From Mobula hypostoma (taxonomy: Eukaryota): DNA of 64,000 bases. Position 1 is the stretch's first letter. Every line of letters starts with the position of its first letter. The stretch lies in NCBI RefSeq assembly GCF_963921235.1, contig NC_086107.1, forward strand, positions 104,532,001 to 104,596,000. The letters are read 5' to 3'. The notes under the pieces were generated by a model that had not been told where the DNA came from, made no database searches, and saw nothing but the letters and a program-made list of their open reading frames with translations. Below, one piece after another: positions 50,006 through 63,019 of this stretch. Made by a program: the position numbers and the translations under genes.

Positions 50006-51074
50006 TAGATACAGCTACCATACTTAAAGTCCAATGTTGCAGCCACTCCTTGGACCCGTTTGGTGATTGATTAGAAACAGGCAGGATTTTTGTGATTTTA
50101 CAGCATTGTCTGATCCTGAAGGTCTTACACAATGGAACCAGGCTTACAGACCACGTGCACAAGAGTTCAGTGTCCCCACTGCACCAATCGAATTTTAATC
50201 AACAGTTGAACACACTCTGACAAAGATCACCAGTGACTGTAGAGTGCAGGGACTGTTCTAGGGCCGTCATCATATGGCACTGGACCAGAAATCCACCTTT
50301 GCACAGGGTTCTGGCCAGCCATCCTTCTATGCAGCAATGCTAAATCTGGCTGAAAAGGCCAGCAGTCCAACAGGTCAAGATTTCTACAAAGCACAGCACA
50401 GCAGCAGAAGTAAGAGGGAAAGCATTTAACATTCAGCTTTCTGGTCAGCATATTTGTCCAGCACCATGACTGACCCTCTTTTTACTGACAGGAAGCTGGA
50501 AAACTGAGGTCATGCCTTGAAATCTTGTGGCTTGGTTCTTATGCAGCAAGTATACCCATGGTTAATGCCAGGATCCAAACATTGTTTAAAGATAACTGTA
50601 GCTCACTTTGAAACAAATGCAGGCAAAGACACAGCAATATAAAGATTACCATTGAGAACCAGGAAGGTGTAACAACTGCCACAATGATATTTAGTTCTCT
50701 GAACAGCATTAACAACTCACTATCATCATGTTTGAACTGTGACAAACCACTTCATTATGTTGGGAGGGGGAAAAGAGGCAATACTAGCAAGCTATCACTC
50801 TGCCTTTAGTTTATCTCACTGATAATTAATGTGGAGCAGAACAATGATTGATTTTCTTAGTAATCTGGATGCCAAAATGAACAATAGAGCTCCCAATTTC
50901 CATCAGCCTGTAAACCTTTGCCTGGTTGGTACTGCTCAGATGTTTGTAGGTACAATGATGTGTGATGGATACATACTAATAAACTATAATTAAGTACCAG
51001 GCCAATAGCAATGCAGATCCCAGTATACCATGACTACACCTTCTTGTGGGCCAGGGTAAGGAACATGGATAGCT

Positions 51075-51365
51075 TGTGAGTTTAAAGATAAAGGGGAAGC
51101 CTTTTAGGACCGAGTTGAGGAAAAACTTCACACAGAGAGTGGTGAATCTGTGGAATTCTCTGCCACAGGAAACAGTTGAGGCCAGTTCATTGGCTATATT
51201 TAAGAGGGAGTTAGATATGGCCCTTGTGGCAAAAGGGATCAGAGGTATGGAGAGAAGGCAGGTACAGGGTTCTGAGTTGGATGCTCAGCCATGATCGTAC
51301 TGAATGGCGATGCAGGCTCGAAGGGCCGAATGGCCTACTCCTGCACCTATTTTCTGTTTCTATGT
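51075..51365 (+). mobile_element. CR1 3' fragment
   Basis: near-identical to the 3' part of the 11661-12845 copy. Confidence 0.85.
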
Positions 51366-51944
51366 GAGGCATTGGTTATTCCTGAGGGAAAGGTTAAGTG
51401 TGAGGCTACCAGCCTTCAGTCACCATGTCTGGGAGATGCGCGGGCTATGGACGAATCTTCCGGAGCAACACGCACAAAATGCTGGAGGAACTCAGCAGGT
51501 CAGACATCATCCACGGAAGAGAGTCAACGTTTTGGGCAGAGACTCTTCATCAGGACTGGAAAGGAATTGGGAAGATGCCAGAATAAAAGGGGGTGGGGAC
51601 AAGGTGGTAGGTGAAACTAGGAGAGGGAGGGGGTGAAGTTAAGAGCTGACAGAGTCGATTGGTGAATGAGATAAAGGGCTGGAGAAGGGGAAATAGGATA
51701 GAGGACTGTAGACCATGGAAGAAAGGGAAGGCGAAGGCGCACCAGAGGGAGGTGACGGGCAGGTAAGGAGATGAGGTGAGAGAGGGAAACAGGAACGGGA
51801 AGGGAAGGAGGGGCAAGGAAGTTCGAGAAAACAATGTTCATGCCAAGGCTACCCACTCCTCCAGCCCGAGTGTGGCTCCATCCCGACAGTAGAGGGGGCC
51901 ATGGACTGGCATATGGGAATGGGAAGTGGAATTGTGTTTGAGAT

Positions 51945-53615
51945 AACTTCCGGGGCGTCATTAAGAAACCCGCTTGTGCGAGCAACTCTGATGGAAACCA
52001 TCAAATATTCCCGTTTAAGACTACTACAGCTGAAATCAACGGCTACAGCCATGAACAACACAGTAAGTAACACCGTTTTAAGTCGGTTAAAAAGTCTATC
52101 GATACTCAAAGTCGACGAAACTGGAACGGACTCTGGTCTCTTTCACGATGCCCCTTTAAGACGGCGGAAGAGAGGTTCCCGCTCTGGTTTAAAAGTTCGT
52201 TTAAAGAAGCATGGTTTTCGACTCCCAATACCGACTATCCTGCTGGTAAACGTACAGTCTCTGGTAAATGAAATCGATTATCTAAAAGCAGGATTGCTGA
52301 ACCAGAAGGACATTAGAACTTTCTGTGTTTTTTGTTTCACGGAGTCTTCGTTATCCTCCTCCATTCCGGACGCAGAGATAAAGGTCGAGGGCTTCACAAT
52401 TCACCGCCAAGACTGGACTGCTGAGTCTCTCAAAGGCACAGGAGGTGGACTGTGGTTTATGATCAACTCCTTGTGGTGTACGAGTGTGGCGGTGCTGTCC
52501 CAGTCCTGCTCACCTGACCTGGAGCATCTCGCCATCAAGTGCAGTCCATTTTACCTGCCGCGGGAGTTTTCAGCCATAATCTTGGTAGCGGTGTACATCC
52601 CATCTCAAGCCCATGTCGAACAGGCGATAGATGAACTGAGCAACGTAATCAACAGACATGAAACGGCGCACCCTGATGCCTTCCCTATCATTTTGGGGCA
52701 CTTTAACCAGGCCAGTCTGGAAAAGTCTCTAAGCAGTTATTACCAACATATCACTTGCGGAACCAGAGGAGCCAACACACTGGACCACTGTTATACTACC
52801 ATCAAGAGCGCTTACCGTGCCAGCCCACGCCCACACTTTATAAACTCTGATGACCTGGCTATAGTTCTGCTCCCTGAGTATCAGGCAGAGACTGAAGACC
52901 GCAGCACAAGTTATGAGGACCAAGAAGGTAAGGATAAGGGAGGTGTTGGAGCGCTTACAGAACTGCTTTGAGTCGGTGGACTGGATTTGTCTTCCAGTCT
53001 GAATTACTACGCCACAGTTGTCACCGACTTCATTAAAACGTGTGCCTACGAGAACATACTGTACATACCCGAATCAAAAGCCGTGGATGAACTAGGACTA
53101 CACAAGAAGGCCAGGTACGACTTGTGGAGGACGATCTCAAGAACAATTCCTAACGAGGTTAGAGGGAGAATCGGATGCACGTCAAATCCGGCAGGGTTTG
53201 CAGGCCGTTGCTTCCCATAAAGCAAAGCCTAATGTCATGAATAGCAGCGATGCTTCATTCCCAGATGAGCTCAACGCCACTCATGCACACTTTGAGAGGG
53301 AGAATGTAACTACAGCTACAAAGAATGCTGCAGCACCCAGTGATCCTGTGATCCCTGATTTGGAGGCAGCTGGCAGGTGTGTTCAAAGAAAATTGTCAAG
53401 GCACACACTCAACAATTCAGAAATAGCGTCTTCCCTTCTGCCATCAGATATCTGAATGAACATTGAACCAGTGAACACTACCTCACTACTTTTAAAATAT
53501 AGATATATATATTTACTGTAATTTGTTTTTTTTAATTATGTATTGAATGCACTGCTGCTGCATAACAACAAATTTCACAATATATACCGGTAATATTAAA
53601 CCTGATTCTGATTCT
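51945..53615 (+). mobile_element. Rex/Babar-L2 LINE: intact APE endonuclease ORF, RT deleted, 3' tail
   Basis: LLVNVQSL, FCFTES, VAVYIP, GHFN, TRGANTLDHCY, SDD; tail attaaacctgattctgattct. Confidence 0.85.
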
Positions 53616-53945
53616 AAATGAGGAGGAACTGTATTAAATGCTTACACTGTTGGGTGAACTGGGATTGTGGCTGGGCTGATCCTCATAAGTGTGACTACTG
53701 TGAAATTACCATCAAATAGAGGCAAGACAAATAATCCTTGCAACAGCTTTAGAAAAACATGACATGTAGCAAGGGTGAAGACTGCAAATGTCAAGCTATC
53801 AGTCTGGGCTTCACTCTTAACAGTGGTTAAATTCAAGTGCCACATTTTATTAATTTTGAAATCATATTTCAGACAGCAGTTAAAATATTAGGAAAGGCAA
53901 AGCTGAAGTGGCTGATTGTCCAATTATCAGCTGAAAAATTAAATA

Positions 53946-54692
53946 CAGTAGATTCCAGTGAATTGGGCCACTGGTTCTTTCTGGGCAGCAGCTCATTTGG
54001 GACAACTCTCAAAGAACAAAAAAAAATTGTGAGATTAGCCGGGGTTTCTTTCGTTATTTGGGACACTATGCCACTTAATTAGGACAGGAGACCGTTGCCG
54101 AATAGTTTCTAACTAGTGTCCATCGTGCACGTTTGTGGCCATTAGACACTACACCATGCTTAGAGCAAAGTTTTTAAATAATGTCAGTTGCATGTGTTTG
54201 TGTTCTAAAAGCAGTGATTTTCGTCACTGATAGCTGGCAAGAAACGATTCTGATCTGCTTTTCGCACAGGTTTCAAGCATGGAGATGCCAGAAATGGCCA
54301 AGAGTGAAAATGAAAAGATTTCACTACTTCAGCAAATTAGGAAGTACAGAGAATTTGAAGGTATCAACAATCATCAAAAGTATTGTGTGAAGACAGTCCA
54401 TTATCTGTATTTAGGCTTTTGTTCAGTTACAATCAATAGAACACAGTGGTGTATGCTGGATGAATTCCTCCATAGGTAAATATGAGGAAGTAACACACAG
54501 TTTTATAGTATTGTAGCAGTATTAATAGCATTCCAATTTAAGTACATAATTTGTTACTCGGTTAAACTTTAGTTTGTCTTTTGTTTTATAACTTTTTAAC
54601 TATTTCCTTGAAATTTTGACAAAGCAACGTAGCTGCTTAATTGGGCCAAAATGTAGTGGTCCTGATTTGTCCCAATTAACTGGAATCCACTG
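53946..54692. mobile_element. pogo/Tigger-like non-autonomous DNA transposon
   Basis: TA|CAGTAGATTCCAGTGAATTGGG ... CCCAATTAACTGGAATCCACTG|TA. Confidence 0.8.
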
Positions 54693-56405
54693 TAAATTGG
54701 TCCCTCACTTAAGCCCTTACCAAGAACACAAAATTACTCGGTTGATGAAAAACTGGTTGGCAAATGTCCCAAATTTTATCATTAGATTTCTTTCCAAAGG
54801 ATTTGTGACTTTGCTGCACAGGAGTTCCACCTAGTCATTTAACCATGTGTCACTCTGAATACATCCTGCTGGTAAATTCACCCCTACATGACCTTTGATA
54901 CATTGTCCAATTGGTCCATTCATCACACAACATGGACAGTAAAAGGCCACAGGCTGTTCAACTTGTTATATCCACTACCGTGGCTCAGCTGGAAAGCATG
55001 GTCTTATCCTTTATTCCAGTGGATATATGAGCTGGAAGGTCACACTTGAACTGCCTAAAATATTAATGAAGCCACAGCAGGAGCATTTGTACAGATGTGG
55101 TTAGCAGACTAAGGGGAGGCAGTGAAAGTGAGAAGAGGTTATGAAGATATATTAACAGAGATGCACATGACAATTGTGAGGAAAGTTTAGCCAAATTTAT
55201 TTTGGAATAGAGGCCAAGGGGAGATCTAACTGAGGTATATAAACCTGAAAGACCAAAATATGAAGAAAAAGAGCACCTACTCAACTTAGCAGAGGTTAGT
55301 AAGTGGAATAAGATGTAATTTAAGGATTGGAAGGGAACTCCAGAATTCACTGCATTTAAATGGCAATTAGCTGAGCAACCTAGACTTATCAATCTCATTA
55401 CGGCAGTTTCACCATTTTGCCTTTGTCACTTCCATTCCTGATTAACCCAACACTCTTCTAGTTGGCCTCTCATGGGATCCTGGGCCGAACTCATGCTGAG
55501 TCCACTCACAGGTCAATCCTGTGCTTGCTGACCCACGTTGGGCCCCAGTTACACAATACCTCATTTAAAATACCCTTGATGTGTTCACCCCCTCCCCATT
55601 CCCTCAGGGATTTCTCTGCTCCTCCAGTTCTGTCCTCTTTAATCATCCCTGAATTTACTCATTCTGCTGCCAAGCTGGGACTTCAGCTGTCTGAGCTTCG
55701 AGTCTGGAATTCCCTTCCTAAATTTCTCCATCTCCCTTACCTCCTTCAAAATGCTGTTTAAAACCTACTTGTTGACAAAGCCTTTGGTTATTTGCACCAA
55801 GCTTTACTGACTTAGACAGGTATCAATTTTGGTTTAGAAATGTTCCTGTGAAGCACCTGGGGATATTTTGCTCCAATGAAGGCACTATGCAAAAGCCATA
55901 TGCTTTTATATTGTGTACTACAGTACTGCAGGTTAAGATCTGTGAAACACAAGTAGGTTCTTTATCCCCCTCTACTAAATGTGATAGTTGTCTGATCTGT
56001 TCAGATGCATCACAGCCAAGCTGATCTCATCAGAACATCTAATAGCTAGTGCACTCCACAGGTCTCCTCTCTGACCAATGGTAATAGACTGTGGTTCAAA
56101 TGAGTTACCTCAACATAGAGCCGGGAGTTAGGCGTCTGTGTCGCCTGAGCATCATCCAGGTTTGATGCACACACTCCGAGCTGTGTTTGGAAATTACTTG
56201 TCAAGGCTGGGGAGGGGATGCAGTGGAAGGTTAAGCTGTTCCCAGTTTTACGCCGTCTACCTCTTCCTAACTGTTCACACAAAGGCTGGTTTATATCCCT
56301 GGCTAAAACTCCTTGGTGCATGAGGCATGGGTCTGCCGAGTACGTCACTCTTTCCCCGGCAAACTGGTGTGGGAATTGTACGGCCCGGGCCTCGTCACCG
56401 GGCGT

Positions 56406-56662
56406 TTATATTATGTGTGTGACCATGTGCCTCTCCAGCAGAGTCTTGTGCGAGAAACGTTTGTTACAGACGTGACACTCGAAGGCCTTCTCGCCACGGT
56501 GCAGCCGCATGTGCACGTTGAGGGAACTCTTTTGAGTAAAGCGTTTATTACACACTGGGCACTGGTACGCTCGCACGCCTGTGTGTGTTACCATGTGTTT
56601 TATCAAGTAGTCCCTGAGCGAGAATGAACGCCAGCAAACACTGCACTGATGAGGTTTCTCAC
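56406..56662 (-). CDS. ZBTB45: ZBTB45/ZBTB20-family terminal exon, zinc fingers 2-4
   Basis: acceptor ctccgcag, phase 1 matching the upstream exon; [84 protein letters not shown]. Confidence 0.8.
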
Positions 56663-56844
56663 CTGCGGAGGAGGTGGGGAGAGGAAAGACATCAGTAAAT
56701 CAGAGACTTCAACTGCATAAAATAACAGCGATCAAAACCACTCAGTAAGCAGTGAAAACTGCATTAACACACCAGCGGTGTGAAAATGAGGCAAACTGCC
56801 CACAAATTCACACAACCCTTCGCACCCTAGAGTCTGCGAGTACA

Positions 56845-57205
56845 TGGAACATAGTTGAGTACCGACCCCTCGGCCCTCGATGGTGTGCCAACCTTTTTAG
56901 CCTGCTCCAAGATTAATGTAACACTACCCTCCTACACAGGACATAACCCTCTATCTTTCTTTCATCCATGTGCCTTCCAACAGTCTCTTAAATGTCCCTA
57001 TGGTATAAGACTCTATCGTGACCCTGGGCAATGTGTTCCAGGCACCCACCAGTCTCTGTGTAAACAGACCTAACTATAAACATTCCTCCAATGACCTTAA
57101 AAAGATGTCCTCTGTTAAAAGCCGTTGCCGGCCTGGGAGAAAGGTGTTGGCTGTTCTCTTTCTCTATGCCTCTTATCACCTTACACACCTCGATCAAGTT
57201 TGCCT
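56845..57205 (-). mobile_element. CR1 3' fragment in ZBTB intron
   Basis: IEVCKVIRGI..RGHLFKVIGG. Confidence 0.65.
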
Positions 57206-58584
57206 CCTTTGCATGAGAGTAGTACCATCAACCCCAGGGCTACGGAGAGGCCAAGAGGCAGCAGGTCCTGTGCTGACTGCTGGCCATCACAGCTGGGAAA
57301 TGGTCAAATGTTAGGCCTGGTGAGAGACGTCCTGCAACTAAATACTAAGCTTTAAGGACCAAGTGGTGGCTTGGCAGAACACCAGACCTCAGTTTATGTA
57401 TCCCTTCAAGAGAGGAGAGGGAAGATACTGAGAATTCGCACAATTAGTACTGAAAGACCAGCCAAGGAGCTGGTAATGGCAACTAATTTAACAATGAGCA
57501 AAGTGTTACAAGTGCAGACAACTGAATTAAAGGAACTGACATCTTCAAGCATTTGCAGGATTGAACTTGATTATTCACAGGAATCTATTATTCTACATAA
57601 ACATTTATTTTCATTCCTTGTGTTCCACCTATAGCACATTCTCTTCGTATCATAGTATAATGGTGGCGTAGCGATTAGTGTGACATCATTACAGCTAGGG
57701 ATGTCAAGAGTTTGGAGTTCAATCCCAGCGTCCTCTGCAATGTTCCTTTTTTTTAAAGTTGTGTGAACCAACTTTTGCTCTCAGCAGGAAATTTTTACAT
57801 GGCCTGAAAACTGCATGGTACTTTAAATTAATATTATATATTAGAAAATTCCAACCATGTGGCTACAAAGTCTATGCGTGTGTGGCCGTGCACCCACGCA
57901 GCTTAGAGGGAACTGTAAGCATGTATGTCCTCTCTGTGAATGCATGTGTTTTTTCCGGGTGCTCCGGTTTCCTCCCACAGCCCAAAGACATATTGGACAG
58001 TAGGTTCGTTGGTTGCCCCATGATTAGGCTAGGGTTAGGTTGGGGTTTGCTGACAACATGGCTTGAGGGCCAGAAGGGCCTACTCCATGCTGAATAAGAA
58101 AAAATTCATGCTAGAAATTACTGGTTAGTTCTCTCACCCAAGTCAAGAGCTCATGGGTTTAAATAACACTTAGCACAATGCTTTACAGTACCAGTGACTG
58201 AGGTTCAATTCCTATCTCCGGGTACTTCAGTTCCTCCCACGATACAAAGATGTACTGGTTTGTAGGTCAATTGGTCATTGTAAATTGCCCCGTGATTAGG
58301 CTAGGGTTATACCAGGGGTTACTGGGCAGCATGGCTTGAAAGGCCAGAAGGACCTATTCCATGCTCCCATGCTGTATCTCAATACATTTTTTTAAATGGC
58401 TAACACTCCACTCTGCTGCACCCTTGAAGATGCTGTCTTTCAGGTTAATTGTTAAACTAAGATTCAGTCTGCTCTTTTAGATGAATATAAAAGATCCCAC
58501 ACCACTAGCTCCCTCGGTGACTGGTTAGTATTTATCCTTTGAGGAGTTGGGGGTTGAAACTAATGATTTGCTCTGGTAGAGTTT

Positions 58585-58860
58585 ATTCATTTATTGAGAT
58601 ACAGCACGAAATAGGCCCTTCCAGTCCTTTGGCTGTGCTGCCCAGCAACCCCCGATTTAACACTAGCCTAATCATGGGACAATTTACAATGACCAATTAA
58701 CCTACCAGCTGGTATGTCTTTAGATTGTGGGAGGAAACCGGAGCACCCGGAGGAAACCCACACAGTCACGGGGAGAACGTACGAACTCCTTACAGGCAGT
58801 GGCAGGAAATGAACGGCCACGTCACTGGTACTGTAAAGCATTGTGCTAACCACTATGCTC
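58585..58860 (-). mobile_element. HE1/V-SINE-like tRNA SINE
   Basis: full head-core-tail; gggaggaaaccggagcacccggaggaaacccac core. Confidence 0.75.
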
Positions 58861-61744
58861 GTTGGCAGCGGTGGTTCTGTGCTGTGGCCTTTCTATAATT
58901 CCAATCAATATTTTGAATAAGACTGTTAATTGTTGGCACTTTAACATTCATGATTGGTTGCTTTTCTTACAGGCACCTAAGAAATTCACTGGTTCTTATT
59001 TCATTGTTCATACCTCAGTCTGAAAACTGGGGAACTCTTCATACATTTCCATCTGTGCTTCTGGCCATTCAAGCTTCAAGCATCGTTTGCTTTCCAATAA
59101 CATTGAGTGGATTCATTGTACACTCAGAACATGAGAACACTGCAGAGGTGAACTGACAATACACCATGTGCAGTACTCACTTTGAACCGTATGTTGGAAG
59201 AGTCACATCTCTCCCCATTTACTAATACCAACAGTTACCTCTTCATACATCACGGGTAAAGGCCTTCCAGCCATTGAGCACATCTACATGAAACACAGTC
59301 GTAGCAAAGCAGGGTCCATCATCACCACCCAGGCCGTGCTCTTTTCTTGTTGCTACTATCAGGTAGAGGTACAAGAGCCTCAGGACTCACACCAGCAGTT
59401 ACTGCCCCTCAACCATCAGGCTCTTGAACAAAAGGTGATTACACTCACTTGCCCACATTGAGATATTCCCACAACCAATGATCTCACCTTAAGGATCCCT
59501 TATCTTTCTGTTTCATATTCTTGCTATCTATTGCTATTTATTTATATTTGCATTTGCACAGTTTGTTGTCTTCTTCACTTGATCTTTCATTGATCCTGCT
59601 ATAGTTACTATTCTATGGATTTGCAGAATATGCCCACAGGAAAATGAATCTCAGGGTTGTATGTGGTGACATACATCTACTCTGATAATAAAATCTACTT
59701 TGAATTTTTGTCCTTCCAATCCCACGTTACTGCTGACTGTAAGAGGCACAGCTGCCCACAGGTTACCCATATCCCTTTGGTCACAGCACAGTACCAGCAG
59801 ACGTTAAGAGAGATAACTACCTGTGTTAAAGTTTACCTCCTTTAGTTTTGGAACCAAGTATTTAATGCAGCTGCCACACAAATTCATAGAAAACACATGG
59901 TAAAAGGTAAGTAAGAGGGATTTTCCCAGAGCTACATCCTAAGTTGCTCACGGTAGTAGGGTTCCCAACATGAATCATGTTTTAGTTATTACTGAGAGGG
60001 GTTAGGTGATCCAGTGGACTAATGAACCCAATAGATCAATGGCCAGTTGACTAATATCCTGATGTCAGTGAAGACTATACCCTAGTGAGAGTCAGCATCT
60101 GTGGAATATTACCTCAAGTTTGAGTCACTAATTTTGAAGACTGTATACCAGAGATAGTCAGTAGCTGTGGAACTGAATTCTAGCTAGTGTCTTTGGAACT
60201 CTTCAGTCAGTGTTTGTGGCACCCGGATGTCAATGATAGTTGCTATCTTTGGAGTCTGGGCCTCAGCTAGGGTCCAGGAAAGAATTTTTTAAAATTGTAT
60301 CACAAAGGTTGGGAAGGAGTTTTATTTTTATATTTTCCAATATTCATTAAGATTTATTACTTAATCCAATCTTAATAACATTGCATAGTGGCAGAATTGA
60401 TTAAAGTAAGATGTATTTTTTTCCAGAATGGAGGATTGTTGGCATTGCTGTTCCCCAGAGTCAATGTTGGGACCACTGTTTTGTTTTGAGTTAGGTAAGG
60501 GTATGCAAAGCAAAATCTCAGTCTGCAAAAGCCACAAAACTCAGGAGGTTAAGAGTGAGCACAAGTAAAGTGCACAGGTGACAAATGAGATGCAACGTCT
60601 ATAAGGCAAGGCAACACACACAAAAAGCTGGAGGAACTCAGCAGGTCAGGCAGCATCTATGGAGATGAAACAATCGACATTCCGGGCCGAGACCCTTCCT
60701 CAGGAATGTATAAGGCCATGTAGTCTGGCAGAAAGGTTGAGGAGAAACTATAACGTGTGGCATTTTTAAATGGTGTTCAGGAACCCAGGGATACAGTACA
60801 AAAACCCTTGAAAGTGACAGTTCTTGCTGAGAGAGCATTAACAAAGTAAATGTAGTTACATCGAAGACATGGAATACAAAAGCAAGGACGTTAGGATAAA
60901 CTTTGGAAATAACCTGGAAAATGTGTAGCTCAGGTGGTTGATCCACTTGCAAACATTTTGTCACCATGCAAGGAGACATCATCAGTGTGCAGTTCACTTG
61001 TGGTGTGTCCTTGGAATGCTCGGCCATTATATACTTATCAGTGTTGACTGGTCGTTATTACGGAAACTCAAAATTCGACTGGGCATCAGTGAAAGTCATG
61101 GCGGCATGCTAGATAATTCCTAGAAGCGTGGCCTTCTGCAAACAATTCTATAAACAGACATGTAGACCTCAATCCCATTTACAAGCCAATGTGGGCAAAA
61201 ATTCTAGACAATGCACAGAGTTTGCCACGCAGTCAATCAGCAATGAGATCCTCTCCCTACATCACAAATAAGTTTCTGTAATGATGACCAATCAACTAAG
61301 TGAAAGAATATAAAGGCCAAGCATTTGGAGGACACAACACAAGTGAACAGCGCACTGATGATATCTTCTCCTATAGTGACAAGTGGATTGCCAAATTGGG
61401 ATAAACTACTTAGGCCACAAGTGGAATTATGTGTCCATTTCTGGTTCCCATATCTTAGGAAGGATGTGAAGATCCGGCAGAAATTGTTTAACGGTTGCGG
61501 AGTTTCGTAATTTCAGTAACAAAGTTAGGATGAAGAAACTGAGGTTGTTTTTGAAGGTTGAGAGCTTTGCTTGACAGCCTTAGGCAGGATAAACAGAAAT
61601 AAAAGCTGTTGTTATTGGTGGATGATTCAAGGACAAGCATTTGCAGATTCACAGTTACAGTGAAAAATATTCCAGAGGGATGCAAGGACATAGTTTCTTT
61701 CTAAAAATGCAAAGTATGATTTAGAACACTACCTTTGAGGAAGG

Positions 61745-62362
61745 TTCTCCAAGTGGACCAAAACCCTGACATAGGGTTTGGAGGCTTGGGTGTCTCAATG
61801 ATCTGGACAGCTATATTGGTTGGATTTAGGTCTTTATGCTTTGACTCTTGTTAGAGTCACTTATGCCAAACTAGTCAAAGGATAGAGTCCAGACTAAGAG
61901 TGGTCCACCGGTCCTCCAGCGGCTAACAAGGGTCTCGGCCTGAAACGTCGACTGCGCCTCTTCCTATAGATGCTGCCTGGCCTGCTGCGTTCACCAGCAA
62001 CTTTGATGTATGTTGCTTGAATTTCCAGCATCTGCAGAATTCCTGTTGTTTGCGGCTAACAACCCAGACGGGTAAACAAAAATATTGAAGGAAGCCCTGA
62101 ACACCGCCAAGACCAAGACCAAAACTGGTTTTTGGACTGTATCAGCAGAGAGGCCAACTTCATAATCGAGACAATTCACTGAATCCCTGAAGGGCAGAGG
62201 AAATGCGGTAGACCAAAGACAACTTGACGCTGCACCGCAGAGCCAGAAATAAGGATCCTGAATAACGCCTGGGGCACAATAGAGAAGATGGCCAAGGACA
62301 AACAGGACAATGGAGGACCTTCATTGCTGCCCTAAACGCAGGCAGCGTAATGGGCAGTAACT
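61745..62362 (+). mobile_element. RTE-derived element containing a Penelope insertion (61930-62051)
   Basis: homologous to 44168-44580; TSD GCGGCTAACAA at 61919-61929 and 62052-62062. Confidence 0.65.
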
Positions 62363-62533
62363 AATTAACTAACTTTGAGGAAGGTGCAAACAGAGGACAA
62401 ATAGGGAATAATTAAGTATTTGGGGGAGAAAATAAATTGCAAGGCTCTAGGATAAGCGGAGCAAAGTGGGACGCATTCTTGATCTACACAAAACTGCCAC
62501 GGATAAAAATTGGCTTCCTTCTGTGCTGTAGAA

Positions 62534-62952
62534 TGTAACTGCCCATTACGCTGCCGGTGTTCAGGGAAGAATGAAGGTCCTCCATCTTTGGCAGTGTTCC
62601 GGGCTTCCTTCATCATGTCTGTAGCTTCTACTTGTTTTTCACTAGTGTCAGTCATGCAAGTCTGGGGTGGAGAGTCAGGAATACCGTCACACTCAGGTGT
62701 AAAATTCTTCATCGCTGTTTCTGTAACAATCTCATTTGACCAGTCAGGGTTGTCAGCCCTGAGCTGAACCCCTGAACCTGGAGGACCGGTGGACCACTCT
62801 TAGTCTGTCCTCAACCCTCTGACCTGTTTGGCATGAATGACCCTACCAAGAGCCAAAGCATAAAGCCGTGACTCCAGCCTACATAGCTCTCCGGGTCATT
62901 GAGGCACGCAAGACTCTAAACCCAATGACAAGGTTGTGGTCCTCTTGGAGGG
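62534..62952 (-). mobile_element. RTE-derived element, inverted relative to 61745-62362
   Basis: reverse complement of the same head and tail blocks. Confidence 0.65.
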
Positions 62953-63019
62953 TAACAATTCTACAGGAGGATCTAAAATATTTAGTTTAAATTAAAGGGA
63001 ACAATCACTTTGAACCTAC

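Noticed and set aside
51901-52971. 356-aa ORF as a host or domesticated gene
   Set aside because: LINE APE endonuclease with altered catalytic motifs (GHFN, SDD), an N-terminus borrowed from a Penelope fragment and a deleted RT
56110-56126. 17-nt identity (tcaacatagagccggga) between the ZBTB 3'UTR and the LTR at 18691
   Set aside because: A single short match is plausible by chance in 64 kb and does not extend
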